A stretch of DNA of 64,000 nt from an uncultured Chloroflexia bacterium (GCA_963810095.1 CAWEMM010000007.1:256001-320000), one strand, 5' to 3'; positions 1-10,260 are shown, numbered from the stretch's first letter. The notes: a model not told the origin generated them from the sequence alone. Program-made: numbers and translations.

Positions 1-1
1 G

Positions 2-1157
2 GCGCGGCGCTGGGGCTCGCTGGCGTTCGTACTCGCACTCGCCTTCGGGTTCGCACTCGTCCTCGGGCTGATTGGGCTGGCAACCAGAGCCGAAGCGCTC
101 CCGGTTGACCCAGCGGCGCTCGACGGCATCGAAGCGCCGCCGGTGCTCGGCCATACTTTCTACGGCACAGTCAAGAACTCCCAGGGAACCTCGCTCCCCA
201 ACGGCACGACCGTCATGGCCAAGGCAGCCAGCGGAGCGTGGACGGGCAGCGTGAGCACGAAGGTCGGACCGCCAGACGCCAACTCGGGCTATTTCGTCGT
301 GACCGTTCCTGCCGATGATCCCGACACGGGCGCTGTAGACGGCGCGACCGCAGGAACGCCGATTATCTTCTACGTTGCCGGCGTTAAGGCGAAGATCTAT
401 GATGTCGCGCAAGCCAAGTTCGTAGACAGCTATCCCTGGAAGTCGGGTGACTCGACGAACCTGAACCTCCAGGCCGACGTGAACTACACGATCACGGCCT
501 CGGCCGGGGCCGGCGGAACGATTGACCCATCGGGCAGCGTCTCGGTGCCTCTCGGAGGCAGCAGGACGTTCACAATTTCCGCCAACGACAGCTATGCCAT
601 CGCGGACGTGGTCGTCGATGGGACGTCCAAAGGCGCTGTGGGTACGTACACGTTCAGCAACGTCACATCAAACCACGCCATCGCGGCCTCGTTCGCCGCG
701 GACGACGGGTGACCTCGCCGGTTACGTCTTCCTGGACGGCAACGGGAACGGCGTCCGTGACGCGGGAGAAGAAGCCGGGCTGGTGGGCGTGACGATCACG
801 TTGCTCTTGCCAGGGGGCGGCACGCAGACCACCTTGACGACCGGTGCAGAGGGTGGCTACCTGTTCGGCGGCCTTGCCCCGGGCCAGTACACCGTGCAGC
901 AGACGCAGCCGCCCGGATACGCCAGCACCAGCCCGGATTCGGTGGTTGTGGCGATAACGGCCGGCAGCCAGGCGCAGGTGAACTTCGGCGAGCGGGCCTG
1001 GACCCCGACGCCTTCGCCTACGTCCACGGGCACGCCGACCGGGACGCCGACGTCAACCCCAACCGTCACGCCGACGGCGACTGCGACGGCCACGGCCGAG
1101 CCGAGCAAGCAGATCAGAGTCTACCTACCGATTGTGATACTACCGCCGGCCCAGTAG
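2..1157 (+). CDS. Secreted surface protein, 5'-truncated: signal peptide, N-terminal beta domain, divergent InlB-B-type repeat, SdrD-B-like domain, PT linker, C-terminal VYLPIV tail. Frameshift near 705-712.
   Basis: Frame +2 from nt 2 reads a hydrophobic signal (WGSLAFVLALAFGFALVLGLIGLA) into ORF 143..712 (YTITASAGAGGTIDPSGSVSV...NHAIAASF). ORF 522..1157 continues with GYVFLDGNGNGVRDAGE...GYLFGGLAPGQYTV, PTPSPT repeats and RVYLPIVI. Confidence 0.7.
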
Positions 1158-1249
1158 GCAGGGTCGGGGCAGGCATGCCGCGTGCACAAACTGGGCCACC
1201 GCGGTATGCCTGCCGTGTGCGTCCGTCACATCCGTGTCGGGAGGACACC

Positions 1250-2237
1250 ATGAGGCCACTGCATTTAGTCATCATCGTCGGAACCTGCAGCCTCCTGTGG
1301 GCGGCCGGCGCAACCGGCGTGGCCGCGCAACCTCCCTCTCCTCCACATGCCTTCTTCGGGGCAGTCACGATTGATGGCCAGCCGGCGCCGGCCGGGACGG
1401 TGATCGAGAGTCGTGCGGAGGGCGTTCTTACCGGCATCCCGGGCAATCCGATCACGACGACCGAGTTGGGGCGGTATGGCGGACCGATGGTGCAGGAGCA
1501 AAAGCTGATCGTGCAAGGGCAGGTTGCGGATGGGGTGGTGTTGGTGTTCTATGTCAACGGGAGCCCCGCTCGCTGCGCGGCGCCCGGCGGCGACTGGCAG
1601 GACAGCTATCCGTTCCAGTCGGGCGGTGTGACTCCACTCAGTCTGAACACGGGGCGAGCGCCTGCAAATCAGCCTTCCGCTTCTCCCACTGAGACGCCAG
1701 ACGCAGCGCCGCCAGGCACAGGTGCCGGCAGCTCGCCGACCGCAACGCCCCGGTCCCCTCGCGCGGGACCGGAAGCTCCCGCGGCGACCGCAACCCCTGC
1801 CCGGCCCGAGCCGCGGGTACAAGCGTCCGCAGCCCCCACCATCCGCCAGGACCCCACAGTCGAGCCTCCTTCAGGCTCGGGCGCGAGCGTGCCGGCCGTC
1901 AGCCCTGCGCCCGCCCGCCCATCTGTAACAGCGGGTTCGCCGGCGCGAACCGCAGAACCCGTGGCGGTCAACGACCCAGCGACTCCGCTTGGCGACGCAC
2001 AAATTGCCGGCGGTACGCCCGCAGCCGCAGTGCAGGTTGCCGCGGTGGTTCGTCCGACGAGCACACCTTTGCTGCAGGCCGGGCGCGTCACCTCCGCGTA
2101 CGGCGACGCCTGTGGCATCATCATCCGGGTCGCTCGGGGTCGTCCGCCACCTACCCACCCTGGCAGCGGCCTCGTTCCTCGGCGCAGCGATTGCGCTCGT
2201 CGTGTTAGCCGTGCGGCGACTTCGGCCGGGCGGGTGA
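1250..2237 (+). CDS. Secreted Pro/Ala-rich protein with a domain paralogous to the upstream gene and a C-terminal TM anchor. Frameshift near 2090.
   Basis: GGAGG RBS then ATG 1250; signal peptide; PPSPPHAFFGAVTIDG...FYVNG...SYPFQSG. C-terminal TM plus basic tail (LAAASFLGAAIALVVLAVRRLR) lies in ORF 1989..2237. Confidence 0.6.
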
Positions 2238-2409
2238 CGCCCGAGCCGTCCTGCTGCCCAGCGACCGCACGCAGCTCCTCCGCCTCGTCCCGCCTCGACC
2301 GGCGCGGCCTGCACCCCGGCGGGTGCTCCCCGCGCGCAGGCCGGTCGGCCCCTTGGCAGCGGGTAGCGGCTGGTCTATAATGGCGCGACCCTGGCCCACG
2401 AGGACTGCC

Positions 2410-3156
2410 ATGACCGCTCTCGTTCGTCCCTACCAACCGGCAGACCGCGCTGCCATCCTCGCGATTTCAGCCGATACGGCCTATTTCGGCGATCCGGTGG
2501 AAGCCTACCTCGAGGATCGCCGTCTTGCGCAGGATTTCTTCGTCTCCTACTACCTGGACCACGAGCCCGAGCACGCGTGGACGGCTGAAGCGGACGGCGT
2601 GGTCGTGGGTTACCTGACGGGCAGCGTCGGTGGGGCGAGCGCCTCGCAGTTGAAGACCAAGACGGTGCTGCGCGCGGGGGTCCGGCTGGCCACGTTCCAG
2701 TACCGTCTCGGTCCGCTCTCTCGCCGCTACGCGCTGCGGGCTGCCCGGGCCGCGCTGCTTGGCGAGTTCCCAAACGTGGACCTGAAGCAGTATCCGGCCG
2801 AGCTGCACATCAACCTGTCCGCGGCCGCCCGGGGCCTCGGCCTGGGGAAGAAGCTGCTGTATGCCTGTCTCGACCAGATGACTGCGCTGGGTATGCCGGG
2901 GATCCATCTCAACACGACCTCGCGCAACGGGGCGGCGCTGCGTCTCTACGAGAAGGCCGGGTTTGAGCTGCTGGGCCGGCACGTATCAACGCTGTGGGAG
3001 CCGTGGCTGCCGGGCGAGGCGGTGGAGAACCTGGTGTACGGGAAGCTGCTCTGCGCGGGCGAGGCGCCCAGCGGTGTGCCCGCCGCGAAAGATTCCACGG
3101 AGGAGGCAGGCGCGCTGCCTGTCTCGACCGGCCCGGACAAACAGGGACGCCCGTGA
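2410..3156 (+). CDS. GNAT family N-acetyltransferase
   Basis: VRPYQPADR start; ELHINL...ARGLGLGKKL acetyl-CoA motif; N..ALRLYEKAGF. Confidence 0.85.
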   Translation: MTALVRPYQPADRAAILAISADTAYFGDPVEAYLEDRRLAQDFFVSYYLDHEPEHAWTAEADGVVVGYLTGSVGGASASQLKTKTVLRAGVRLATFQYRLGPLSRRYALRAARAALLGEFPNVDLKQYPAELHINLSAAARGLGLGKKLLYACLDQMTALGMPGIHLNTTSRNGAALRLYEKAGFELLGRHVSTLWEPWLPGEAVENLVYGKLLCAGEAPSGVPAAKDSTEEAGALPVSTGPDKQGRP

Positions 3157-3184
3157 TCGAGCTTGCGCTTCGCCGTGCCGCTCG

Positions 3185-4456
3185 TCACGGCACGTTCTGG
3201 ATTTCCTGGAGCTTCAGGATCGCGCCCGCGTAATCCTTCCGGTCGATCGCAGCCTTGGCGTCGGCCGCGAGCGCCTCGATGCGCTGCTGGCGCAGTTGTT
3301 CCTTGGTCGGCAGGTCAAAGATGCGGCCGTCGTCGGCGCGCATGAAGAGCACGGGCGTGCCCCATTCGGTCGGGCTGCTGGTGAACAGCTTGTTTCGTGT
3401 ATCGGTCAACGCGCGGTCGACCGCATAGCCCCGCGCCAGCCTCTCGTAGAAGGTGGAGGCGAACAAGACCGCGGCTTTGTCGGTGATCCTGAACTGCATG
3501 GCAACCGCCGCAGGGATGCCTCCCCGCACCAACTGCTGCGCCATGCCGGCAAACGGATCGCGCGTGCCCGCCTCGGCCCCGTCGCACGAGTTCAACACGG
3601 CCAGGCGGAGCTTGTCGCAGCGCAGCAGCTGTGAGAGCAGCAGGTCGCCGCCGATCTCCTCCCGGCCGCCCGCGTCGTCTTCGAAATACAACACACCTTC
3701 ATCCTCACCGGGGGTGGCTCCCGCAACCAGGCCACCATGCCCGATGTAGTGGAAGATGTGATAGACGTTGGGTTCGTCCAGGTGCTCGGCCAGCTCGTCG
3801 AGCGTGCCCTTTTCGATGATATCGACCTCGGCCAGGTTCTCCGCCTTGAGGTCGGCGAAGGCATTCTGGATGTTGCGCGCCTCGGTTTCGCTGTCCAGGC
3901 CGGTCAAGCCGCTCGGATTGGCCATCATCACCAGCACCCGGATCGGCAGCGGCGTGGTCACCGACAGGACACGCTGTGGGATCTCCATGAAGCGCACGAC
4001 CGGGGTCTCCTTGAAGATGGAGAGGTGGCGCGAGGCGGTCCGGTTGTAGAGGTACTCCCAAGGGACCTCCGCCACTTCCGGCGCATCCTGTAACCGCAAG
4101 CGAATCCGTAGACCCGAGGGTCTGTTGCTGTCCGCTTGGACCGCGTTCACACTGCTTTCAAAAACGCTTCTGACGTTGCCTACAAAGACGGCATCGAACA
4201 AGCGCTCGCCGAAGAGCCGCACCTTCGACCGGTAATCTGGCTTGGACCCGCCGATCATTTGGCCCGGCCGCCGCGCGTCGCGGGCCGGCCCCTCGACGAG
4301 GGCGCGCAGCTCGGCGATTTCCGTCGCCGTGAAGGGCCACTCCACGTTCGCCTTGCCTTGACCGCCCTTCCCATCCGCCGAAATGGAGTATCCCGCCCCG
4401 CCGTCAGTGCGTGGGGAGATGGTCAGATCGAAGTTCCAGTAATCTGACTCGGCCAT
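3185..4456 (-). CDS. CHAT domain protease (caspase/HetF clan CD) with short C-terminal helical TPR-like segment
   Basis: LRIRLRL...EVPWEYL, RVLVMMANPSGL, HIFHYIGHG (catalytic His), LAVLNSCDGA (catalytic Cys), GIPAAVAMQF, EWGTPVLF. RBS AAGGAGG precedes ATG 4456. Confidence 0.9.
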   Translation of the reverse strand: MAESDYWNFDLTISPRTDGGAGYSISADGKGGQGKANVEWPFTATEIAELRALVEGPARDARRPGQMIGGSKPDYRSKVRLFGERLFDAVFVGNVRSVFESSVNAVQADSNRPSGLRIRLRLQDAPEVAEVPWEYLYNRTASRHLSIFKETPVVRFMEIPQRVLSVTTPLPIRVLVMMANPSGLTGLDSETEARNIQNAFADLKAENLAEVDIIEKGTLDELAEHLDEPNVYHIFHYIGHGGLVAGATPGEDEGVLYFEDDAGGREEIGGDLLLSQLLRCDKLRLAVLNSCDGAEAGTRDPFAGMAQQLVRGGIPAAVAMQFRITDKAAVLFASTFYERLARGYAVDRALTDTRNKLFTSSPTEWGTPVLFMRADDGRIFDLPTKEQLRQQRIEALAADAKAAIDRKDYAGAILKLQEIQNVP

Positions 4457-4466
4457 GGAAGCCTCC

Positions 4467-6503
4467 TTAGCGCTTTCGGCGGAGCTCAAACGCCCGATCG
4501 ACCGCCAGCCACTCCTGCTCGGGCGGGAGTTGTACGGGCTTGAGTTCGCGCCGGCCAACGCCGGTGAGCGCCATGTCGAGCAGTTGCCACAGCGCGGTGC
4601 CCTCACCCTGGCTGCTGTAGATGCCGCGACCCCCTTCCTGCAGCACCAGCCGGCCCAGGTCGGTCGGGTACACGGTGGCGAAGAGCTTCAGCGTTTCGAC
4701 GCCACCCACCTCCTGATCGTCGTCCGCGGCGCCATCGCGATGGAACTCGTCGGGCAGAACGAGCTGCATCTCGAGGCCCGGCTCGGCCCACAGCCGCACG
4801 GTGCCGTTGGGCGGAATCTGCTCGGATGCACCTTCGCTCGGATAGACCATCGACACGCTCGAGAAGAAACCAAAGTCGAGGACGCCGACCCATATCGGCG
4901 CCGAGTGCTTGTTGACGATCTCCAGCGCGACTTTGTCGTCCTCATGAAAGACCGGGATGCCGTCCTGGCGATCGGCCTCGGCCCGGGTCCAACGGCCGTC
5001 GGCGCGCTTTCGCATCACCGAGAATTGCACTTTACCGGCCAGGACGCTGTCGGGATTCGGGTTACGCAGCCCCAGAATGTTGCGGTAACGCGACAGGCTT
5101 TCGAGTTGATCCCGCACCTCGTACGCGCTGCCCGAGCCGGCCGAGGAGACGGGCGCCATGACGAGACGGGCCGTGCGGTCGACGAGGACCCACGTCGGCT
5201 CGGCGATGGCGCTCAGTTGGGGCGCAGGATCGTCGGGCGCCGGCGCGCCCCGCGGAAGCAGCAGGTGGACCGTGACGTCGGGCACATCTGCGTCGGGTTG
5301 CCCTTCCGCGAGCCGGAGGAGGTCTGAGCCGAGCACAAGTTTCGTGAGCTCGTCGCCGGGCCACGGCAGGTCGGGCGGGGTTTCGATGCGTACACTCAGC
5401 TTCATCTCGCCAAAGAAGTGGGCCTCCTCCAGGGCAATCGCGGCCGGCTGAATGCTCGCACGGGCGGATTCCGAAAGCACCCTGGCATCGGCCTCGGTAG
5501 CCCGTACGCCCGTGATCTCCACCAGACCAAGCCGCGGCGTGTCGGGCGAGACGGCCAATGCTTCGGGAGGATAGATGGCCCATTGCGACCTGACCGTCGC
5601 ACCCTGGGCCGCGCCCACCCCCAGCACGACGCGATCTTCCACACGCTGCCTGACGGTGACGCTGCGCGCTGAAGCGGCTTCGCCGGTGGTGAACAGCGGC
5701 GCGTCCGCATCGCCGATCACCTGGGGGTGCTGGTAGGGGATGCGTGACGCCACCAGAACGCTCGCCCGGGTCCACACGTCCCGGTATGTTTCGCCGGGCT
5801 TGGCTTCCGTCAGCGCCTGCGCCACGTAGTAGGTCAGCGCACCCTGGTAGACGCCCGATGCGACCAGGAACTCCTCACAAATCTCGTCGGCCCGGCTGGC
5901 GCTGATGGCCACGAGGCTCCCCGCCGATTGTGGGCTTGCCTCGAGCAGGCCGCCAGAGTAGGGCGCGTCAAAAATGAGCACGAGGTTGCGATCGACAGCA
6001 CGGGCGGCCCAAGCCATGATCTCGTCCCCCAGCAGCAGGTTTGCTGCCTTCGGGTCCCAATCGGACGACAACAAGGCGCTGAGCATCTCGTCCGGCGGGT
6101 TTTCGCGGGGCGTCGTCTTTGCCTGGACGTAGCTGCCGGGCGGGACAAAGGACTTCCTCCCCGGGTAACCGTCGCGGATTGGCGAGGCCCAGGGCACGAC
6201 GATGCGTGCCGGGTCGGAGGTCCCCTTGGGCGCCCGCGCACCCCAGCCCGAGAAATGGACGACGACCACTTCGCCGGGGTCGCTCACCGCCAGCAGGCGA
6301 TCGAGGCTCGCGAGGATCGCCTCGCGGGTTGCGTCCGCGTCCACTAACCGGCGAATGTTCGCGCTGGAGAAGCCGAAGCGCGGCAGCACGCTGGCCATGA
6401 GTTGGACGTCGTTGACACAGCCCCGCAGCGGCGGGGCGGAAGCATACCTGTCAATGCCGATTAACAGGGCGTGGCCGCTGGTGCTTCCCGCTATCGTGGG
6501 CAT
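4467..6503 (-). CDS. Caspase-family (peptidase C14 fold) protein with degenerate catalytic dyad and long C-terminal extension (DUF4384-like region)
   Basis: HALLIGIDRY...LRGCVNDV...ATREAIL...VVVHFSGWG...LIFDAPYSGG...AISAS.ADE..EE...GALTYY...QHPQ is a metacaspase/orthocaspase scaffold. RBS GAGGAG precedes ATG 6503. Confidence 0.85.
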   Translation of the reverse strand: MPTIAGSTSGHALLIGIDRYASAPPLRGCVNDVQLMASVLPRFGFSSANIRRLVDADATREAILASLDRLLAVSDPGEVVVVHFSGWGARAPKGTSDPARIVVPWASPIRDGYPGRKSFVPPGSYVQAKTTPRENPPDEMLSALLSSDWDPKAANLLLGDEIMAWAARAVDRNLVLIFDAPYSGGLLEASPQSAGSLVAISASRADEICEEFLVASGVYQGALTYYVAQALTEAKPGETYRDVWTRASVLVASRIPYQHPQVIGDADAPLFTTGEAASARSVTVRQRVEDRVVLGVGAAQGATVRSQWAIYPPEALAVSPDTPRLGLVEITGVRATEADARVLSESARASIQPAAIALEEAHFFGEMKLSVRIETPPDLPWPGDELTKLVLGSDLLRLAEGQPDADVPDVTVHLLLPRGAPAPDDPAPQLSAIAEPTWVLVDRTARLVMAPVSSAGSGSAYEVRDQLESLSRYRNILGLRNPNPDSVLAGKVQFSVMRKRADGRWTRAEADRQDGIPVFHEDDKVALEIVNKHSAPIWVGVLDFGFFSSVSMVYPSEGASEQIPPNGTVRLWAEPGLEMQLVLPDEFHRDGAADDDQEVGGVETLKLFATVYPTDLGRLVLQEGGRGIYSSQGEGTALWQLLDMALTGVGRRELKPVQLPPEQEWLAVDRAFELRRKR

Positions 6504-6641
6504 GGATGACTCCTCGTTATAACGCTGCGCTCCGCCTGCTGCCGTAACGAGAAACAAGCGGCAGAACTATTCTACACCCATCGGGGCGCCTTTGCGACAG
6601 GCGTTTTTTGGAGGTTACGTCGACGGCAAGCGCCTTAACGC

Positions 6642-6675
6642 AAAGGCACGTCAACACAATCGTGTTCACGTGCCT
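6642..6675 (-). terminator. Probable intrinsic terminator of dedA
   Basis: Hairpin AGGCACGTGAACAC/GTGTTGACGTGCCT followed by a short T run on the minus strand. Confidence 0.45.
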
Positions 6676-6712
6676 GATCGTCCTGATTGATCTGCGGTCG
6701 GGCGCGTCCGCC

Positions 6713-7408
6713 CTAGTCCGAGAGGGCTGCCGGGTCGTCCTCGAGCGCGACTTCGGCCGGAGCGGGCGCCTGGTGGCCCTTGCGGCGTGAGCGTAATGCC
6801 TCAATGCCGATCGGCACGACCGAAATGAGGATGATCGCGACGATGACCCACTCGAAGTGCTCCTTGACGAAGGGAAGGTTGCCAAAGAAGAAGCCCAGCG
6901 CGGTGAAAATGGCGACCCACGTGATGCCGCCGATCAGGTTCCAGCGAATAAAGAAGCCGTAGGACATCTGGCTCGAGCCCGCGACGAAGGGTGCGAAGGT
7001 GCGGACGATGGGCACAAACCGCGCCAGGAAGATCGTCTTGCCGCCATGCTTCTCAAAGAAGGCATGCGTCCGTTCCATGTAGTCTTTGCGGATCCACCTG
7101 ACCTCGCCCCGGTATGCCTTCGCGCCGACCTTGTGCCCGATCCAGTAGTTGACCGTGTCGCCCAGGACCGCGGCCACAGACAGCGTGACAAACACGATCA
7201 AGGCTTTGGACAGGTCGGGCGCGACCAGTGCGCCGGCCGCGAAGAGGAGCGAATCGCCGGGCAGGAAGGGGGTCACGACCAGCCCGGTTTCCATGAAGAT
7301 GATCACGAACAGGATCGCCAAGGACCACGCGCCGTACTGCGCGACAATCTGCTCCAGGTACATGTCGATGTGAAGGACGAAATCGATCACCTGCTGGATG
7401 ATTTCCAC
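6713..7408 (-). CDS. dedA: DedA family (VTT domain) membrane protein
   Basis: IIFMETGLVVTPFLPGDSLLFAAG, FFEKHGGKTIFLARFVPIVRTFAPFVAG. GGAGG precedes GTG 7408. Confidence 0.92.
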   Translation of the reverse strand: MEIIQQVIDFVLHIDMYLEQIVAQYGAWSLAILFVIIFMETGLVVTPFLPGDSLLFAAGALVAPDLSKALIVFVTLSVAAVLGDTVNYWIGHKVGAKAYRGEVRWIRKDYMERTHAFFEKHGGKTIFLARFVPIVRTFAPFVAGSSQMSYGFFIRWNLIGGITWVAIFTALGFFFGNLPFVKEHFEWVIVAIILISVVPIGIEALRSRRKGHQAPAPAEVALEDDPAALSD

Positions 7409-7708
7409 GAACGGTTGCCTCCAGGATCCACGCCTACTTGTCGTGCGCGGATATTTGTCGCTCGCGCGGCGGGCGACATCCGAACGAGTATCCTCTGAAC
7501 CGCCCGCTTCGTCAAGAAAGCTGCCTACCTCTTGCGCAACGGGGTACTTGCCGCGGCGCAACGGACCACCCCGGCGCGCTGAAGCGCTGGAACCCTCGAG
7601 CAGCCGGGCACGTCAGACGAGTACGGGCCGGTGCAGGTGTCGGGCCGGAGGCAATAAGCCTCCCGCAGCTGCAGGGGCCGAAAAATGTATCGAGAGGGAA
7701 GACAGCTG

Positions 7709-8152
7709 ATGATTCGATCGACATTGTTTGTACTTGCGGCCCTGGTGGCCGTGTTGTTGGTGGGGTGCGGTGCGCCTGCATCCAGCGCACCTGCCGTTGC
7801 CACGCCGTCTTCAAGCGGAGCGGAAACCCCGTTGGCCACGCCGGCTGCGGGCCAGTCGCCCGTCGCCACCCCCGCCGCGGGGCAGGCGGGCGCACTCGAT
7901 CCGGCGGTTGCCGATGCGAGCCTCGCCTGGTTGGCGGGGCAAGTGAACGTTCCTGCGGGGGACCTCCGCCTCGTCCAGGCGGAAGCGGCCGAGTGGACCG
8001 ACTCGTGCTTCGGGCTGGGCGGCCCGGCCAAGTCGTGCCTTCAAGCCATCACGCCCGGCTGGCGTATCACCTTCGAGGCCGGGGGCCAGCAGTACGAGGT
8101 GCGCACCGACCAGAACGGCGCCAGTTTCCGGCTCGTCCCTCAAGCAAGCTAA
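7709..8152 (+). CDS. Conserved lipoprotein of unknown function
   Basis: Lipobox LLVGC; VATP repeats; motif WTDSCFG...CLQAITPGWRI...YEVRTD. Confidence 0.75.
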   Translation: MIRSTLFVLAALVAVLLVGCGAPASSAPAVATPSSSGAETPLATPAAGQSPVATPAAGQAGALDPAVADASLAWLAGQVNVPAGDLRLVQAEAAEWTDSCFGLGGPAKSCLQAITPGWRITFEAGGQQYEVRTDQNGASFRLVPQAS

Positions 8153-8176
8153 CGCGGGGCACGCCTTGAACTGAAT

Positions 8177-8218
8177 CAAAGAGCCGGCACACGGACTCCC
8201 CGTGTGCCGGCTCTTTGT
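8177..8218. terminator. Bidirectional intrinsic terminator between convergent genes
   Basis: Perfect stem CAAAGAGCCGGCACACG / CGTGTGCCGGCTCTTTG with A and T flanks. Confidence 0.85.
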
Positions 8219-8249
8219 TGTCTCTTGATGCTCCTTTGGCGGCGAGGAA

Positions 8250-9524
8250 TCAGCCGGCGGACGGCGGGAAAGCCTCTTCGATCAAGCTCACGGCAGCGCG
8301 CACACCATCTTCGCCGCGAATCTTTTCTCCAAGCGCGGCGGCCTTCCGCCGCATTTCCGGCGACCCGACCGCCTCCTCGATGGCATGCGCCAGCGACCCC
8401 GCGTCCAGCTTGCGCCGGGGGATGGGTTTCGTGCCGACGCCCAGTCTCTCCGTGAGCTGAGCCCAGAATGGCTGGTCGCCGTGGAATGGAACAACCACGG
8501 ACGGCAGGCCTGCCCGGAATGCCGCGGCGGTCGTGCCGGCCCCGCCGTGATGGACCGCGGCCGCCATGCGCGGGAGCAGCCACGAATGCGGCACCGAGCC
8601 GACGACGAACACGTTCTCGGGTACCGGCGTCGCCCCTAGACCGGCCCAGCCAGAATGCACGACCGCACGGCGCCCGTGCGCGGCCAGCGCGTCGAGGACG
8701 ACGCGGGTGGTTTGATCGGGCTTCTCGCTGCTCATGCTGCCAAAGCCGATATAGACTGGGACGGGCCCGCCCTCGATGAACTCGACCAGTTCTCGGGGCG
8801 GAGTCCATGTTTCGGGCTCGTCGGCGTACCAGAAGCCGGTCACATGCACGTTCGCCGGCCAATCCGCGGGCCTCGGCAGGACGGCCTGGCTGAACCCGTA
8901 AAGCGTGGGAGCTCTGTTGAAGAGGGGGCTGTCGAACATACCGCGAACCGGCGCGGCGGGCAAGCCAAGCAGGTCCCTGCGCGCGGCGTTGCCCGCCGAC
9001 CGCGCCGCCTGCCAGACCATCTGCCGGGTCAGCCGGTGCGAGAGCCGGTGTGTGAGCGAGCGGGGCCAGAATGACAGCCAGGGGAACAGCGCGCCAGCAT
9101 ACTCCCGGGTGGGGGTCATCGGGACGTTGTAAGCCTGCACGAAAGACAGCCCGAGTTTCTCGGCCAGGGACGCGGCGACAAACATGCCGCCGAAACCCGC
9201 GACGATCACGTCGGCCGTGCGCGCCGCCGTGAGCCCGGCTTCGACCACGAGCCGGGTCCGGGAGGTTGCCAGCTTAGTGAGTTTGAGAAAGGACGTCAGA
9301 AGATTGCCGCCTTCGATCGCAGCGCTGGCGTCTGGCGCCTGCATGGCCGCCTGGACGTTGATGTCGACGGGGCAGACCTCCAGATCGTAGGACCTTACGA
9401 GATCTGCAAACTCGGCATTTGTCAGGAGGCGAACGCGGTGGCCGGCGCGGGCGAGTCCCTGACCCAGTGCGATATAGGGTTGGACGTCGCCTCGGCTGCC
9501 GAGAGCAATGATAAGTACATGCAT
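8250..9524 (-). CDS. GT1/GT28-type glycosyltransferase (sterol 3-beta-glucosyltransferase-like)
   Basis: ALGSRGDVQPYIALG, PVYIGFGSM, VPHSWLLPR.AAAVHHGGAGTT, VPFHGDQPFWA. Confidence 0.9.
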   Translation of the reverse strand: MHVLIIALGSRGDVQPYIALGQGLARAGHRVRLLTNAEFADLVRSYDLEVCPVDINVQAAMQAPDASAAIEGGNLLTSFLKLTKLATSRTRLVVEAGLTAARTADVIVAGFGGMFVAASLAEKLGLSFVQAYNVPMTPTREYAGALFPWLSFWPRSLTHRLSHRLTRQMVWQAARSAGNAARRDLLGLPAAPVRGMFDSPLFNRAPTLYGFSQAVLPRPADWPANVHVTGFWYADEPETWTPPRELVEFIEGGPVPVYIGFGSMSSEKPDQTTRVVLDALAAHGRRAVVHSGWAGLGATPVPENVFVVGSVPHSWLLPRMAAAVHHGGAGTTAAAFRAGLPSVVVPFHGDQPFWAQLTERLGVGTKPIPRRKLDAGSLAHAIEEAVGSPEMRRKAAALGEKIRGEDGVRAAVSLIEEAFPPSAG

Positions 9525-9586
9525 AGGACGGTGACAGAGCTCCTTATTTGCAGGACATTCGACTTTGCCGATCCTACCGCAAATAT

Positions 9587-9616
9587 TTGGAATTGTCAAA
9601 GCATTGTATTATAATG
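9587..9616 (+). promoter_or_regulatory. Sigma70-type promoter for tetR overlapping a candidate TetR operator
   Basis: TTGGAA(9587)-17 bp-TATAAT(9610). Imperfect palindrome CATTGTATTATAATG (9602-9616) in the AT-rich divergent intergenic region. Confidence 0.55.
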
Positions 9617-9645
9617 ATTACAGTATTTGGCCTGAAGGAGTGGCT

Positions 9646-10260
9646 GTGAGCAACGGGTTCGAACGCCGGAAAGAGCAGAGCAAAGAGGACATCCGCCAAG
9701 CGGCAGCCGAGTTGTTTGCGCAATTCGGGATCGAGCGGGTCAGCATGGCCGAGATCGCGAGGAAGGCCGGGGTATCTCAAGCCACGATTTACAACAACTT
9801 CGGAAGCAAGGACGCGCTCGTGCGGGAGTTCGAGAGCGCAGCGGTGGCAGGGTTAATCGAGGCGGTGGAGCAGGCGTTGGCGCCTGAAATGCCATTCGCG
9901 GAGAAAATCCGCGCGCTTACAGCGTTGATCGGCGGGATGATCGCCGGCGGCCCGCGCATGGATGCGGCAACGACGGTCTTCAACAGCAGCGTGGACTTGC
10001 AGGGCGACCCCGAAATCCGGCACATTCGCAACGCAGCTCATGAGAGGATGACCGCGGTGCTGCTCCGCCTGGCCGGCGAGGGCCGTCAGCAAGGCGAGGT
10101 CAACCCGCGCCTTTCGGACGAGGCGCTGCGGGTCTACTTCCGCGCGTTCATGGACATGTTTATCGACCCGGAACTGCACCGGCGCCTCGCAAGCAGCGGG
10201 CAGTTGAACGAGGAACTGGGGGGCCTGCTGCTCTACGGTCTGCGCGGTCCTCGCAACTAG
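9646..10260 (+). CDS. TetR/AcrR family transcriptional regulator
   Basis: AAAELFAQFGIERVSMAEIARKAGVSQATIYNNFGSKDAL helix-turn-helix. AAGGAG precedes GTG 9646. Confidence 0.92.
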   Translation: MSNGFERRKEQSKEDIRQAAAELFAQFGIERVSMAEIARKAGVSQATIYNNFGSKDALVREFESAAVAGLIEAVEQALAPEMPFAEKIRALTALIGGMIAGGPRMDAATTVFNSSVDLQGDPEIRHIRNAAHERMTAVLLRLAGEGRQQGEVNPRLSDEALRVYFRAFMDMFIDPELHRRLASSGQLNEELGGLLLYGLRGPRN

